This document shows positions 19,285 through 28,919 of a stretch of DNA of 57,275 bases, piece after piece; the stretch's first letter is position 1; each line of letters starts with the position of its first letter. Source of the DNA: Bacillales bacterium. GTDB lineage: Bacteria > Bacillota > Bacilli > JARBTR01. The stretch covers positions 1 through 57,275 of the forward strand of contig JAVBKE010000091.1 in the NCBI GenBank assembly GCA_031554185.1, in the 5' to 3' direction. The notes under the pieces are model-generated. The model had not been told where the DNA came from and made no database searches. It was given only the letters and a program-made list of their open reading frames with translations. The translations under genes and the position numbers were made by a program.

Positions 19285-19671
19285 ATGATCAATCAAGTAA
19301 CCCTGGTAGGTAGATTAACAAAGGATTTAGAAGTGCGATATACACCAGATGGCAAAGCCGTTTCGAATGTTGCCGTTGCAGTGTCTCGAAACTTCCGTGA
19401 CCAACATGGTGAGTACAGAACGGACTTTGTTCAGTGCACCTTATGGGGGAGAGTCGCTGAAAAGACTGCGCTGTACTGTACGAAGGGCTCTGTCGTTGGT
19501 GTGACTGGAAGAATTGCTACGCGTAAATACGAAAATGCAGAACTGCGAACAGTGTACGTCACTGAAGTGGTTGCAGAAAATGTTCAATTCTTAGACTCGA
19601 AACATAAATCTGAATCTTCTGATACCACAGTGGTTGATGCAGAAAAAGAAAATGTGGAGGAAAGCATGTGA
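19285..19671 (+). CDS. ssbB: Short single-stranded DNA-binding protein (SsbB/YwpH type)
   Basis: MINQVTLVGRLTKD, TDFVQCTLWGRVAE, YVTEVVAENVQFLD; 128 aa, located after fabZ. Confidence 0.88.
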   Translation: MINQVTLVGRLTKDLEVRYTPDGKAVSNVAVAVSRNFRDQHGEYRTDFVQCTLWGRVAEKTALYCTKGSVVGVTGRIATRKYENAELRTVYVTEVVAENVQFLDSKHKSESSDTTVVDAEKENVEESM

Positions 19672-19850
19672 GCCAAGTAGCTGTGTCCGATTCTGAACAG
19701 AACACGACAGTCAATTTAATCAAGGTTGTTGGCCACGCCAATGTTCGTTTGGCAAATCATGATCGTGAGATTCAAATGATGAAGAGCTCAATCATGTTTT
19801 TAATGGAAGAATTCCGCAAACTTGAACGACAGAAAGAAGATGCGTTGTAA
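19668..19850 (+). CDS. Small hypothetical helical protein (60 aa)
   Basis: GTG overlaps the ssb stop (GTGA) with GGAGG upstream; amphipathic C-terminal helix. Confidence 0.6.
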   Translation: MSQVAVSDSEQNTTVNLIKVVGHANVRLANHDREIQMMKSSIMFLMEEFRKLERQKEDAL

Positions 19851-20013
19851 CTTCGCCTCCGCAAAAAATGATCAGAGTCGATCATTCTATAGCGCGCGTT
19901 ATAACTATCCTCGTAACACCCCCTTCTCGAGATTGAATGCCCTAACAGGAACCAAATTTAAGCTACACCTACATCTGGTCCCAGTTCAATCTACAACTCC
20001 CTCTTTAAGACGT

Positions 20014-20054
20014 CTAAACCACTTGCCTCTACTTGTGGTTTAGCTCTTTTTTTT
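20014..20054 (+). terminator. Intrinsic terminator
   Basis: CTAAACCAC / GTGGTTTAG 9-bp stem plus T tract. Confidence 0.75.
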
Positions 20055-20199
20055 ATTCAATTGAAACGATCGAAGGGGACGTGGCAAAGCCCGGCCGGTG
20101 AAGTTAATGAATTTGCTTCGAATAAAAAAATCAGCACCCCATACAATGATTAACAGCTTGAAATAATATCGTGATTTGACATAGGGTGGGTGGTTGTTC

Positions 20200-21072
20200 A
20201 TGAAAGTGCGAAAAGCAATAATTCCTGCAGCAGGACTTGGTACCAGATTCCTACCTGCAACAAAAGCAATGCCGAAAGAAATGCTACCGATTGTTGATAA
20301 GCCGACGATTCAATATATTGTGGAAGAGGCAATTGCTTCTGGAATAAAGGACATTTTGATTGTAACAGGGAAGAACAAACGGGCTATTGAAGATCATTTT
20401 GATTATGCAACCGATTTAGAATCTAATTTGCTTGAAAAAGGAAAACTTGAATTACTGGAGAAAGTACAACAAACATCAAAAGTGGAGATCCACTATATTA
20501 GGCAAAAAACACCGAGGGGTTTGGGGCACGCAGTTTGGTGTGCACGTAATTTCATTGGTAACGAACCGTTTGCTGTTTTGTTAGGTGATGACATTGTGCA
20601 GTCTGAGGTGCCATGCTTACAGCAGCTAATCAATGAATACGATCAAACAGGCTGCTCAACCATTGGCGTTCAACAAGTGCCAGACGATGAAACACATCGC
20701 TATGGAATCATTGAGCCGCTCGAGCAAATCGGCAGGAGGTATCAAGTGAAAAGTTTTATCGAAAAACCAGGTCACGCAGCAGCACCATCTAATTTAGCCA
20801 TTATGGGTCGATATATTCTTTCGCCTGAAATTTTTACAATACTCTCACATCAAACCATCGGAGCAGGTGGTGAGATTCAATTAACTGATGCAATTCAAAA
20901 ATTGAACGAACTAGAAACAGTCTATGCCTATGATTTCGAGGGAATTCGCTATGATGTTGGTGAGAAGTTAGGTTTCATTGAGACAACAATCGACTTTGCT
21001 TTACAAGATGAAGATTTATGCAGAGATTTGTTGCAATTTATGCAGTTAAAACTTGCGCAATATCGTCAATAA
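20200..21072 (+). CDS. galU: UTP-glucose-1-phosphate uridylyltransferase
   Basis: [45 protein letters not shown]. Confidence 0.97.
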   Translation: MKVRKAIIPAAGLGTRFLPATKAMPKEMLPIVDKPTIQYIVEEAIASGIKDILIVTGKNKRAIEDHFDYATDLESNLLEKGKLELLEKVQQTSKVEIHYIRQKTPRGLGHAVWCARNFIGNEPFAVLLGDDIVQSEVPCLQQLINEYDQTGCSTIGVQQVPDDETHRYGIIEPLEQIGRRYQVKSFIEKPGHAAAPSNLAIMGRYILSPEIFTILSHQTIGAGGEIQLTDAIQKLNELETVYAYDFEGIRYDVGEKLGFIETTIDFALQDEDLCRDLLQFMQLKLAQYRQ

Positions 21073-21121
21073 TTACATTGTCGGCTCACTTTCGGTGACC
21101 TATCCGGAAAAAAGAAGTATG

Positions 21122-21165
21122 CCTCACCTGACAAGCGGTATTACGTTTGTCAGATGAGGTTTTTT
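21122..21165. terminator. Terminator between galU and the WYL regulator
   Basis: CCTCACCTGACAA / TTGTCAGATGAGG with T tract on the right and an A-rich run on the left. Confidence 0.75.
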
Positions 21166-21412
21166 AAATGAAAAATTGTATAAAAAGAAAAAACCTTGAT
21201 TTAAAATCATCAGTAGGTTATCGGCATTTTCAATAGAGTTTGGATAGCTAGCACAAGACTTTAAGCAAGGATTGAAGGATAAATGCAAAGATACACTACT
21301 AGTCGCGATTTTGAAAAGGCTCAATTTATCAAAAGCAATTGGTGAGAATGAAGCACAATATCTTTATCGTAGATTGTGCATTGATAGCACTAATTTGTAT
21401 TGATCAGGTAGC

Positions 21413-22375
21413 CTATGTACAAAATAAAGATAATCTCTTCTGTACAACTTCTAATACTTCTGCTGGTATCTCTCTAACCTGCATGTCACTCCCGAGAAAA
21501 AGCAGCCAATTTGTCATCTCAGTCAATTCCTCTAGCTTAGCTACATTGATAAATCCTCTGAGGATAGCTGTAGTTTGGTAGGGATTTGTATACGAAATGG
21601 AAGCTTGCAAAGGATGGTATTTTTTGAACTGGGCAATTGCTTTAGGACCAAGCTCAACAACAAGGTTAATCGTTTCTTCCTGTTTGTTCAATTGATCGAT
21701 AATCTTTTTCCTGCTCGCTCTTTTCTTCACCGGATAGGGTTTGACATCAGTGAGATGATCAACAAGAAAAATCCGTTTCTTTTCTTCTGATAAATCAAAG
21801 CCTTCAATCATCCAGAGGCTTTTTTCGTGATAAAGGTGGAGGAGATAGATTGGGTAGGACATCTCTTCCTTTGCTTCTGTGATAGTAATCAATAGATAGC
21901 TATCCACGAGCAGGATCTGGATTAGTTTATCTAACATCGGATGCGGGAGGTCTGAAAGGTCTAGCAAATCGGGATTGCTAGGGTTGGTTCCTTCAAAAAG
22001 TAAGATCTGGTTTAAAAGGACAAGGTCATTTTGCTGATTGGTTGAAATGAGGCCAAGCAACTTTTCTGTTATCGGTTGCCGACTCTTTAAATAGGGGAGT
22101 TGTTGATTTCTTGTAGCCATAAAGGCAATGAATAGGGCTTTGACTTCACTATCTGTGAAGCGAACAGCAGGGAGGACAGAGTTGTGCATGACAAAATAAC
22201 CCCCGTCTCTGCCAACTTCAGCCACTAATGGCATTCCCATCGCTTCAATTTCCCTGACATCCCTGATAGCTGTCGAGCGAGAAATTTTAAATTCTTTCAT
22301 GATTTCAGAAATGGTAAAATGGGCACGATTATTAATATAGCGCATGATGACATTAATTCGTTCAACTTTTTTCAT
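21413..22375 (-). CDS. HTH-WYL transcriptional regulator (YobV/YafY-like)
   Basis: N-terminal wHTH (FTISEIMKEFKISRSTAIRDV...GRDGGY); WYL-like region (YPIYLLHLYHEKSLWMIEGFDL..KRIFLVD). Confidence 0.85.
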   Translation of the reverse strand: MKKVERINVIMRYINNRAHFTISEIMKEFKISRSTAIRDVREIEAMGMPLVAEVGRDGGYFVMHNSVLPAVRFTDSEVKALFIAFMATRNQQLPYLKSRQPITEKLLGLISTNQQNDLVLLNQILLFEGTNPSNPDLLDLSDLPHPMLDKLIQILLVDSYLLITITEAKEEMSYPIYLLHLYHEKSLWMIEGFDLSEEKKRIFLVDHLTDVKPYPVKKRASRKKIIDQLNKQEETINLVVELGPKAIAQFKKYHPLQASISYTNPYQTTAILRGFINVAKLEELTEMTNWLLFLGSDMQVREIPAEVLEVVQKRLSLFCT

Positions 22376-22390
22376 TGGTGCTCCTAAACA

Positions 22391-22407
22391 GTATCATTTT
22401 TTGACAT
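22391..22407. promoter_or_regulatory. Putative operator overlapping a TTGACA box in the divergent promoter
   Basis: GTATCA-N5-TGACAT pseudo-palindrome between the divergent WYL and GyrI-like genes. Confidence 0.4.
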
Positions 22408-22487
22408 GATTTAAGGATATTATAAATTTATCAAGTGAAACAAACAAGCCATTTGATAAAAATTGTTGAAATAGGAAGGTTTTTAAT

Positions 22488-22967
22488 ATGACAAATTATA
22501 CATTAGAAGAAAAAGAAAGCTTTATCGTTTTAGGAATTGGAACGGAACTAAAAAGTGATTATACAGATTTTGCTGGTTTAAATAAGGAGAAATCGGATTT
22601 TTGGCTATCAATTATTCAAGATGGAAGATTGGACGCTTTAAAAGGTGTTGCTACAAATACCTATGTTTTTGCTGTCAATGAAGCGGTGAATAATAAGATG
22701 ATGCATTATGCAGGGGTTATGGCAGAGGCATCAGCACCAGAAGAAGCTAGAGAGATTCAATTTCCTAAGGGAGAATATTTAGTAGTCAAAGGAGAAGGAA
22801 AGACTTCTGAAGAATTGAATAATATGCTTGCTGGTCTTGCTTTCGGACAAGTTTTGCCAGAGGCTAAAGATTTTGCTTATGTTGGTGGTCCCAATGCAAC
22901 AGTTGTAATGGGTCAGCGTAATGATATGTATTTTGGTGAGATGTGGATTCCGGTTGTAAAGAAATAA
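22488..22967 (+). CDS. GyrI-like small-molecule-binding protein (YobU-like)
   Basis: YTLEEKESFIVLG, FPKGEYLVVKG, EMWIPV. Confidence 0.85.
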   Translation: MTNYTLEEKESFIVLGIGTELKSDYTDFAGLNKEKSDFWLSIIQDGRLDALKGVATNTYVFAVNEAVNNKMMHYAGVMAEASAPEEAREIQFPKGEYLVVKGEGKTSEELNNMLAGLAFGQVLPEAKDFAYVGGPNATVVMGQRNDMYFGEMWIPVVKK

Positions 22968-22990
22968 AGAAGAGATAAGGAGAAATTAAC

Positions 22991-23455
22991 ATGTCATACA
23001 TCGTTGATTTTAAAAATGTGTCGACAGTCGGGTTAGATTCTTCACCTGTAGCAGACACACTTGCTGGGTTACGTGCCAATGAGGCGCGATACTTTATGAA
23101 AAAATACAAACATGAATTTACGGTTGTACCCGCAAGCGAGAGCCAGGAGACACTTAGCTATGTAAATGAAATTTTGAAACAGGAACGTGATATTGTTTTT
23201 GCAGCCAAGCCATTGGAAACTGCGCGTTTTCAGGTGGAGGATATCAAGTTTGCTTACGTTTTTTACGAGGATGGACTTTCGGTAAACGTGATGTATACCG
23301 TTGGTGATGGTAAGAAGCGTGCCGTAGGTTTCAAGCTTTCTGAGGGAATGGAAGTGCCGATAGAGTTAGCTGATAAATTTAAATTTGCTAGGCAGAAATC
23401 TAAGCTAGCTGGAACCATTCGTGGTTCGTATTTTATGATTAAAAAGGAATATTAG
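22991..23455 (+). CDS. Conserved hypothetical protein (family commonly labelled phage tail protein)
   Basis: Strong RBS AAGGAG. The sequence (LAGLRANEARYF...KRAVGFKLSEGMEVP...KFKFARQKSKLAGTIRGSYF) is recalled as a Firmicutes family co-occurring with WYL/GyrI; function unknown. Confidence 0.65.
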   Translation: MSYIVDFKNVSTVGLDSSPVADTLAGLRANEARYFMKKYKHEFTVVPASESQETLSYVNEILKQERDIVFAAKPLETARFQVEDIKFAYVFYEDGLSVNVMYTVGDGKKRAVGFKLSEGMEVPIELADKFKFARQKSKLAGTIRGSYFMIKKEY

Positions 23456-23467
23456 TGTGACGAGGTT

Positions 23468-23508
23468 GGGACAAAAAGCTGAAAGGCAATCATTGTCCCT
23501 TCTTTTTT
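23468..23508 (+). terminator. Terminator
   Basis: GGGACAA / TTGTCCC plus T tract. Confidence 0.6.
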
Positions 23509-23862
23509 ATTTGGGGGAAAGTAAAAATAACGCTCCGTTTGGTATAGTTTAAGTGCCAACAAGAACTATTACAGGTGGTGGGGCTTAATTGGGCCAGCAT
23601 TCTGTCAGACCATATAGGTGAAATTCCTATCGGCTACTTTTTATATACTATTGAAATACCAGTTGAAAAATTAGAATATATATGGTCGAATGGAATTATT
23701 GGTTAATTTTCTAACGATGATGGTTGAAAATGTATTGGATAGTCAGTGGGGTAAGTGCCACACATTCTACAAAGACTACTTGAATGATAAAAGTGACGGC
23801 GACGGTCATTTACTGATAGAAAATGAGGACGGATAATGAAGAATCCACTATGAAAGTAGTAA

Positions 23863-24170
23863 AAGAGAAAAAGTAGATGGGTAAAATCGGAAAAAGAGTA
23901 CAAGGAATTACTTCAGCGTTGCTATCAACAGGAACCCTGCCAGTCTCCGCTGATGCCAAGCCTTCTCGATCTGGCGAGCCATTTCAGGAATGATTGTCAA
24001 TTTCTATACGACAACCATTTGCGTGCTAGAACCGATTCTGCCACTTGGGACTGTAGTTGATCTGAAAAAGGAGTACTTTCCAGAGCTGGCAGGTCCAGTG
24101 TGATGAGGCTTCAAATTGTCATTACACATCGGTTTTGAGATGTGTATGGATTACGCACTGGTTTGGTGCC
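23863..24170 (+). pseudogene. Frameshifted remnant of a DUF4176-like (type VII secretion-associated) gene
   Basis: Successive frames give KELLQRCYQQE..., LEPILPLGTVVDLKKEYF (24029 on), QIVITHRF* and MDYA; these are DUF4176-like motifs broken by frameshifts and stops. Confidence 0.55.
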
Positions 24171-24247
24171 GAGAATGTCGGTGGATTGGTGGTTCTAGTG
24201 TACCGTATAATTTTGGGTTTTGCACCAAGAAAAACAATCCATGCTTA

Positions 24248-24799
24248 TTAATCAATCAATAGCAGTAGTGTAAAAAAGTACTTATCTGTTGATTCACCAA
24301 AATACATTCGGTCATAAAGATAATCATTTTGATAAATCGAAATTACTTTTTCATTCCTGATATCACTGAGAACAGATTCAATCTGTCCCGTTGTTCCATT
24401 ACTTGCCTGGAACCATTCAGAAAATCTCTTTCGAAATTCATCAGGATCAACATAGTGAGGTGATACGAAATCACTCATTAACTCGTATCCATCATCATCT
24501 TTAATCCAACCATTGTCATTTTGAACCCATTTTTGTTGGTCTGCAAACTTACCATTTGGTTCTAACCAACCAGCATAAATAAATCTGTTTCTAATTAAAA
24601 AAAAGATAAATGCATCCAAAGGATCATGCCAAATGTTTTTTTGACAGGACATGTAAAGTGCTGTTGATGTTGGATATGTTCTTACTGCATATGATACTTT
24701 TGATTTGACATCACCTAGTCCAATTTGTTCCATTCTGTTTTCAATTTCCACTTGATTCTTCAAAAGATTCTTAAGCTCTGCAATGTTTTCTAGATTCAT
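24248..24799 (-). CDS. Hypothetical protein (possible immunity protein)
   Basis: Intact 183-aa AT-rich ORF behind GTAGGGA; no catalytic motif recognised. Confidence 0.7.
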   Translation of the reverse strand: MNLENIAELKNLLKNQVEIENRMEQIGLGDVKSKVSYAVRTYPTSTALYMSCQKNIWHDPLDAFIFFLIRNRFIYAGWLEPNGKFADQQKWVQNDNGWIKDDDGYELMSDFVSPHYVDPDEFRKRFSEWFQASNGTTGQIESVLSDIRNEKVISIYQNDYLYDRMYFGESTDKYFFTLLLLID

Positions 24800-24854
24800 A
24801 CTTATCCCCTACATTCATTCTCGATAACATTAAATACTTACAACCAAAATACGA

Positions 24855-25502
24855 TCACTCAAACTCCTCACAACTATTAAAGATGTAACAGTTAGAGCAG
24901 TTATCAGGGTTTCGGAAAAACGCCCAATCTGTTTTACCAACGCCCTTTGGAAATCTTTTTATGAAATCAGTTTTGTTCTTCTTAAAGCACAGGTAGTTCA
25001 TAAATAAGTCTCCGCCATAAGGATTTTCTTGCCCGAACTTGCAAAAAGCACATAGATGGATGTTGTATTCTGCTAATTGTGGTTGTAAATCATTCAACCT
25101 TTCAAAAAGTTGATAACTTTCTTCTACTACAATTTCTGCTTCTAATAATTCTAGACGATTAAGTTTCTGGTTCCTTGTATGATTAATTTGACCATACATT
25201 GTTGTTTCTATATGTTCTCCAGTTGCTAGCTCTGTAACAATTACAGGAACATCGTAATTCAATTGATAGTCTGTTAATAAGGCGAATTCCTCATGAACCT
25301 CTGAAAAACTAAACTGTCCTAGCTGTTCTGATGAATAAGTTGAAGGCTTTTCAATAAAAAGATTTCCATCTAACTCCACACCAACTTCAATTCCTTCAAA
25401 TTTAAAAATGATAAACAAATCGTCATCAACTAGTAAGTGATTCTCAATGATAATATGATGTGTTTTTCCATTATTAACGAAAACTGCTAAATATTCTTTC
25501 AT
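24855..25502 (-). CDS. Hypothetical protein, DUF6304-like with Cys cluster
   Basis: RBS GGGG; C-terminal HLCAFCKFGQENPYGGDLFMNYLCFKKNK...CSNC pattern recalled from the DUF6304 family. Confidence 0.6.
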   Translation of the reverse strand: MKEYLAVFVNNGKTHHIIIENHLLVDDDLFIIFKFEGIEVGVELDGNLFIEKPSTYSSEQLGQFSFSEVHEEFALLTDYQLNYDVPVIVTELATGEHIETTMYGQINHTRNQKLNRLELLEAEIVVEESYQLFERLNDLQPQLAEYNIHLCAFCKFGQENPYGGDLFMNYLCFKKNKTDFIKRFPKGVGKTDWAFFRNPDNCSNCYIFNSCEEFE

Positions 25503-25698
25503 AACAAACCCCCAATTCTCTAGTACAATACACTATTTCAAATGAATAAGATTAAGTTGCCATTACTCTAATTTTCTCACAATTTCCACCTAGTGCATAG
25601 TTCTCTTGGCCACTAAAACAATTAATCACCAAACTTGAAAATAAAATTTTAGTAAAGTATAATTAACTAAATTATAATCCACTAAAGAAGGTCGTTAA

Positions 25699-27102
25699 AT
25701 GTTTATAGGGCGAACGAGAGAGCTCGGTAATTTGAATAAGAGATATGAAAACGGAAAATTCGAAGTTGCTATCATATATGGTCGTCGTCGTGTTGGAAAA
25801 ACCACATTAATTAATGAGTTTATCAAAGATAAAGAAACCATTTTCTATACTGGGATCGAAGGCAATGCCAAGGAGAATCTTGAAGGACTAAGTAAAAGTA
25901 TTTACACACTTTCTGAAGACTTTGCAAATACATCTGGTAGTTTTTCAAGTTTTCAAGTAGCTTTAGAAACTGTGTTTAAAATCGCTGAAAAACGTAGAAT
26001 TGTATTTGTAATTGATGAATACCCTTATCTTGCTAGCAGTTATAAAGCCATTTCATCAATACTGCAAGTGTTGATAGATAAAAACAAGGCTAATTCAAAT
26101 TTGTTTATCATTTTGTGTGGTTCTTCTATGTCTTTCATGGAAAATCAAGTCCTTGGATATGAGAGTCCACTTTTCGGAAGAAGAACTTGTCAATTTAAAA
26201 TATTACCTTTCGAATTTTTCGAGGTTAAAGATTATTTTGAAAAGTTTAACAATATTGATTTGGCAACTATTTATGGTATTACAGGTGGTATACCACTTTA
26301 CATGTCCTTAATGGATGATGAATTGAGTGTTGAGAAAAATATTAAAACCAACTTCTTAGAGCCGAATGCTTATTTGTTTGAAGAACCAACAAACCTCATT
26401 AAGCAGGAATGTCGTGATCCAGCCCAATATAACTCCATTATTAGAGCAATTGCCACAGGGTCATCCAGGATGTCCGAGATTTGTTCTAAAACTGATATTG
26501 ACACAGCGCTTGCTACAAGCTATCTTAACAGATTGATTTCTTTAGGTATTGTAAAAAAAGAAACACCTTTTAACAAGAACAATTCACGCAAAGCTATTTA
26601 CGTACTTGAAGATTCAATGTTCCGTTTCTGGTATCGCTTTATTCCTGATAACACTGCTTCTATCAATCGTGGATTAAGTGATCTCGTTTATCAAAAAATA
26701 GCACCTCAAATTTCAACTTTTATGGGTGGTGTGTTTGAAGAGATTTGTAAGCAATATTTATGGGAACTTAACAGACAAGGAAAAGCAACAGTAACCTTTA
26801 CTGATTTGGGGCGTTGGTGGGGCAATGATTCGAAAAACAAGCGAGAAGCTGAAATTGATATTATGTGTTCTGCTGATAATGACACTGCTATTTTCTGTGA
26901 ATGCAAATGGACTAATGAAAAAGTCGACACCTCAGTGCTTAACGCTCTCGTTGAAAAAAGCAGACTATTTCATCATTCTAATGTTCATTTTTATCTCTTT
27001 GCTAAGACTGGCTTTTCCAATGGATGTGAGGATAAATCAAACGAACTTGGAAATGTAAAACTTGTGTCTTTTGAAGATATGATGGTCTCTCATAAAGAGT
27101 GA
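25699..27102 (+). CDS. Archaeal-type ATPase with DUF234 and C-terminal PD-(D/E)XK-like domain
   Basis: MFIGRTREL, Walker A YGRRRVGKT, Walker B IDEYPY, ILCGSS, FRFWYRF, GRWWG...EAEIDI...FCECKW. Confidence 0.9.
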   Translation: MFIGRTRELGNLNKRYENGKFEVAIIYGRRRVGKTTLINEFIKDKETIFYTGIEGNAKENLEGLSKSIYTLSEDFANTSGSFSSFQVALETVFKIAEKRRIVFVIDEYPYLASSYKAISSILQVLIDKNKANSNLFIILCGSSMSFMENQVLGYESPLFGRRTCQFKILPFEFFEVKDYFEKFNNIDLATIYGITGGIPLYMSLMDDELSVEKNIKTNFLEPNAYLFEEPTNLIKQECRDPAQYNSIIRAIATGSSRMSEICSKTDIDTALATSYLNRLISLGIVKKETPFNKNNSRKAIYVLEDSMFRFWYRFIPDNTASINRGLSDLVYQKIAPQISTFMGGVFEEICKQYLWELNRQGKATVTFTDLGRWWGNDSKNKREAEIDIMCSADNDTAIFCECKWTNEKVDTSVLNALVEKSRLFHHSNVHFYLFAKTGFSNGCEDKSNELGNVKLVSFEDMMVSHKE

Positions 27103-27122
27103 TTACTTTGATAGATAATGTG

Positions 27123-27147
27123 AAAAGAGCCACAAGGGCTCTTTTTG
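27123..27147 (+). terminator. Terminator after the ATPase
   Basis: AAAGAGCC-ACAA-GGGCTCTTTTT. Confidence 0.75.
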
Positions 27148-27263
27148 TGTTTGTTGATAATTCCATCCACAAAATGTTATGAATCCTAATAGCCCAATGT
27201 ATAACGAATCAACTGCAAATGATACTCATATCCTATTTGAAGACTAAGAGAGAAGGAGAGTCT

Positions 27264-27679
27264 GTGCCTACAGATAAAATTTTAGAGTTATTATTAAATG
27301 GCTCACCAGTGGAAAAAAGAAATATTCTAAGCCCTTGTGTGATGTATTTGAATCATATAATAATGATATAGCGGATTTTGATAAAATAATGAATTGACTT
27401 ATAGCTTTATCAGTCAAGGAAAATACTGCTGAAATGAAAGATGAAGTTTTAGGAACATTAATTATAGGAATGACCAAAAATATTAATAATATTTCCTTTG
27501 ATATCATTGGAAATAACATTGAGGAATTTCCAGTTTCTCGTATTCCTAGATGTATTGAACTTTTAAGCTACACTTATAACAGAAAGTATGTCCCTGTGAT
27601 AATGAAATTTGAGGATCATGAGGATGAGAATGTTAAGGAAGCTGTGGCAGATGCAATGCAAGAACTTAGGCATATGTAA
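27264..27679 (+). pseudogene. Disrupted helical-repeat, immunity-like gene
   Basis: AAGGAG-GTG MPTDKILELLLNGSPVEKRNIL, a frameshift to LCDVFESYNNDIADFDKIMN, an in-frame TGA, then continuation to ...VKEAVADAMQELRHM* (the 27434-27679 ORF is its 3' half). Confidence 0.65.
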
Positions 27680-27789
27680 ATCTCTAAATAAGTAGTTGTT
27701 TGATTATTTTTGCTGCTGCCACTTTCGCCCCCTCATTTCCTAAACAAAAAAGCGTGTGTAAGATCGATTACAGTGAGTCTCGTATCAGC

Positions 27790-28818
27790 TTACTCTTCAT
27801 CCTCGCTTGAACTAATATCCTCAACCGGATCATCTGTGATAGAAGTATCAGTCGTATCCTCGGCTGGCAATTCTAAATGAGTACGTAAATTATTCGAAAT
27901 TCGTATCTGCTCCTCATCTGATATCAGCTCGAACCACTCGCCGTCAATTTTTTCACTTGTTGCTTCAACTGACATGGATTCAATATTTCCAGCTGCTTCT
28001 GTGTAGTTATTCTTGATATCCCACATCTCGGAGACAGTTAGGTCTGTTTTTACGTTATCACCTAGTGCATCAAAGATTTCTGAGAAATTGGTTAGTGACT
28101 TGAAGCTTGTTCCTTGTTCAATGATTTGAGCAACAACTTCTTTTTGTCTTTCTTGTCGTCCATAATCGCCAAGTGGATCTTCATGTCGCATCCTGACATA
28201 AGTCAGCGCTTCGGCGCCACTCAGGTGAAGCGGTCCCTCTTCAAAAGTGTATCCGTTATCGGTGAACTTGAATTTATTATTGACATCAATACCTCCAAGG
28301 GCATCTACAATTTCAACAAAACCTTCAAAGTTCACTTGTACAAAATGATCAATTGGAATGTTGAATATTTCTTCTACAGTTTGAATCGCGAGTTTTGGTC
28401 CGCCTTTTGAATAGGCAGAGTTGATTTTTGAATACTCCGAATCACCTGGAACTTGCACTCGCAGGTCTCTCGGAATACTCAACATTTTTGTTGATTTGAG
28501 CTTTGGGTTAACTGTGACAACAATCATGGAATCAGATCGCCCACTGTCATTTTCGCCCTCTCTGTTGTCAACACCTAAGAGGAGGAATGACATTGGTTCC
28601 TGCGCTTTTGCCTCGACAGGCTGATCACGCTTTGAAGAACCGTCACGCCCAAGGTCAAAATGAATTTTTTCGCTGACCTCAGTTGCTTTTAGAATGAAGG
28701 CCGTCGCAAAGACGCCTGTTGGTATGAGTACTAATAATAAAGCAAGAACCATCACTCTGCGGTTTCTACGGCGTTTCCGTTTCTTTCTCATCTGTTGCTT
28801 CATTTCTCTTGAAATCAT
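27790..28818 (-). CDS. LytR-CpsA-Psr (LCP) cell-wall glycopolymer transferase
   Basis: Basic N-terminus plus TM, LLLGVD, GRSDSMIV, SIPRD, KINSAY, YVRMRH..GDYGRQERQ. Confidence 0.95.
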   Translation of the reverse strand: MISREMKQQMRKKRKRRRNRRVMVLALLLVLIPTGVFATAFILKATEVSEKIHFDLGRDGSSKRDQPVEAKAQEPMSFLLLGVDNREGENDSGRSDSMIVVTVNPKLKSTKMLSIPRDLRVQVPGDSEYSKINSAYSKGGPKLAIQTVEEIFNIPIDHFVQVNFEGFVEIVDALGGIDVNNKFKFTDNGYTFEEGPLHLSGAEALTYVRMRHEDPLGDYGRQERQKEVVAQIIEQGTSFKSLTNFSEIFDALGDNVKTDLTVSEMWDIKNNYTEAAGNIESMSVEATSEKIDGEWFELISDEEQIRISNNLRTHLELPAEDTTDTSITDDPVEDISSSEDEE

Positions 28819-28919
28819 TGTCTTCTCCTAAAAAATTGAATACTATCTTTGGTTGTGGCATAATAAAATACGTTATCTATGATTTTTTCTATTTATTCCG
28901 TTGTAAAGTTGGTGCTACC

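Noticed and set aside
19822-20043. 73-aa ORF
   Set aside because: No RBS, overlaps the preceding gene and a terminator, and the composition is not protein-like.
22991-23455. Prophage suggested by the phage-tail label of this family
   Set aside because: No integrase, terminase, capsid or other phage genes nearby; the label appears to be propagated annotation.
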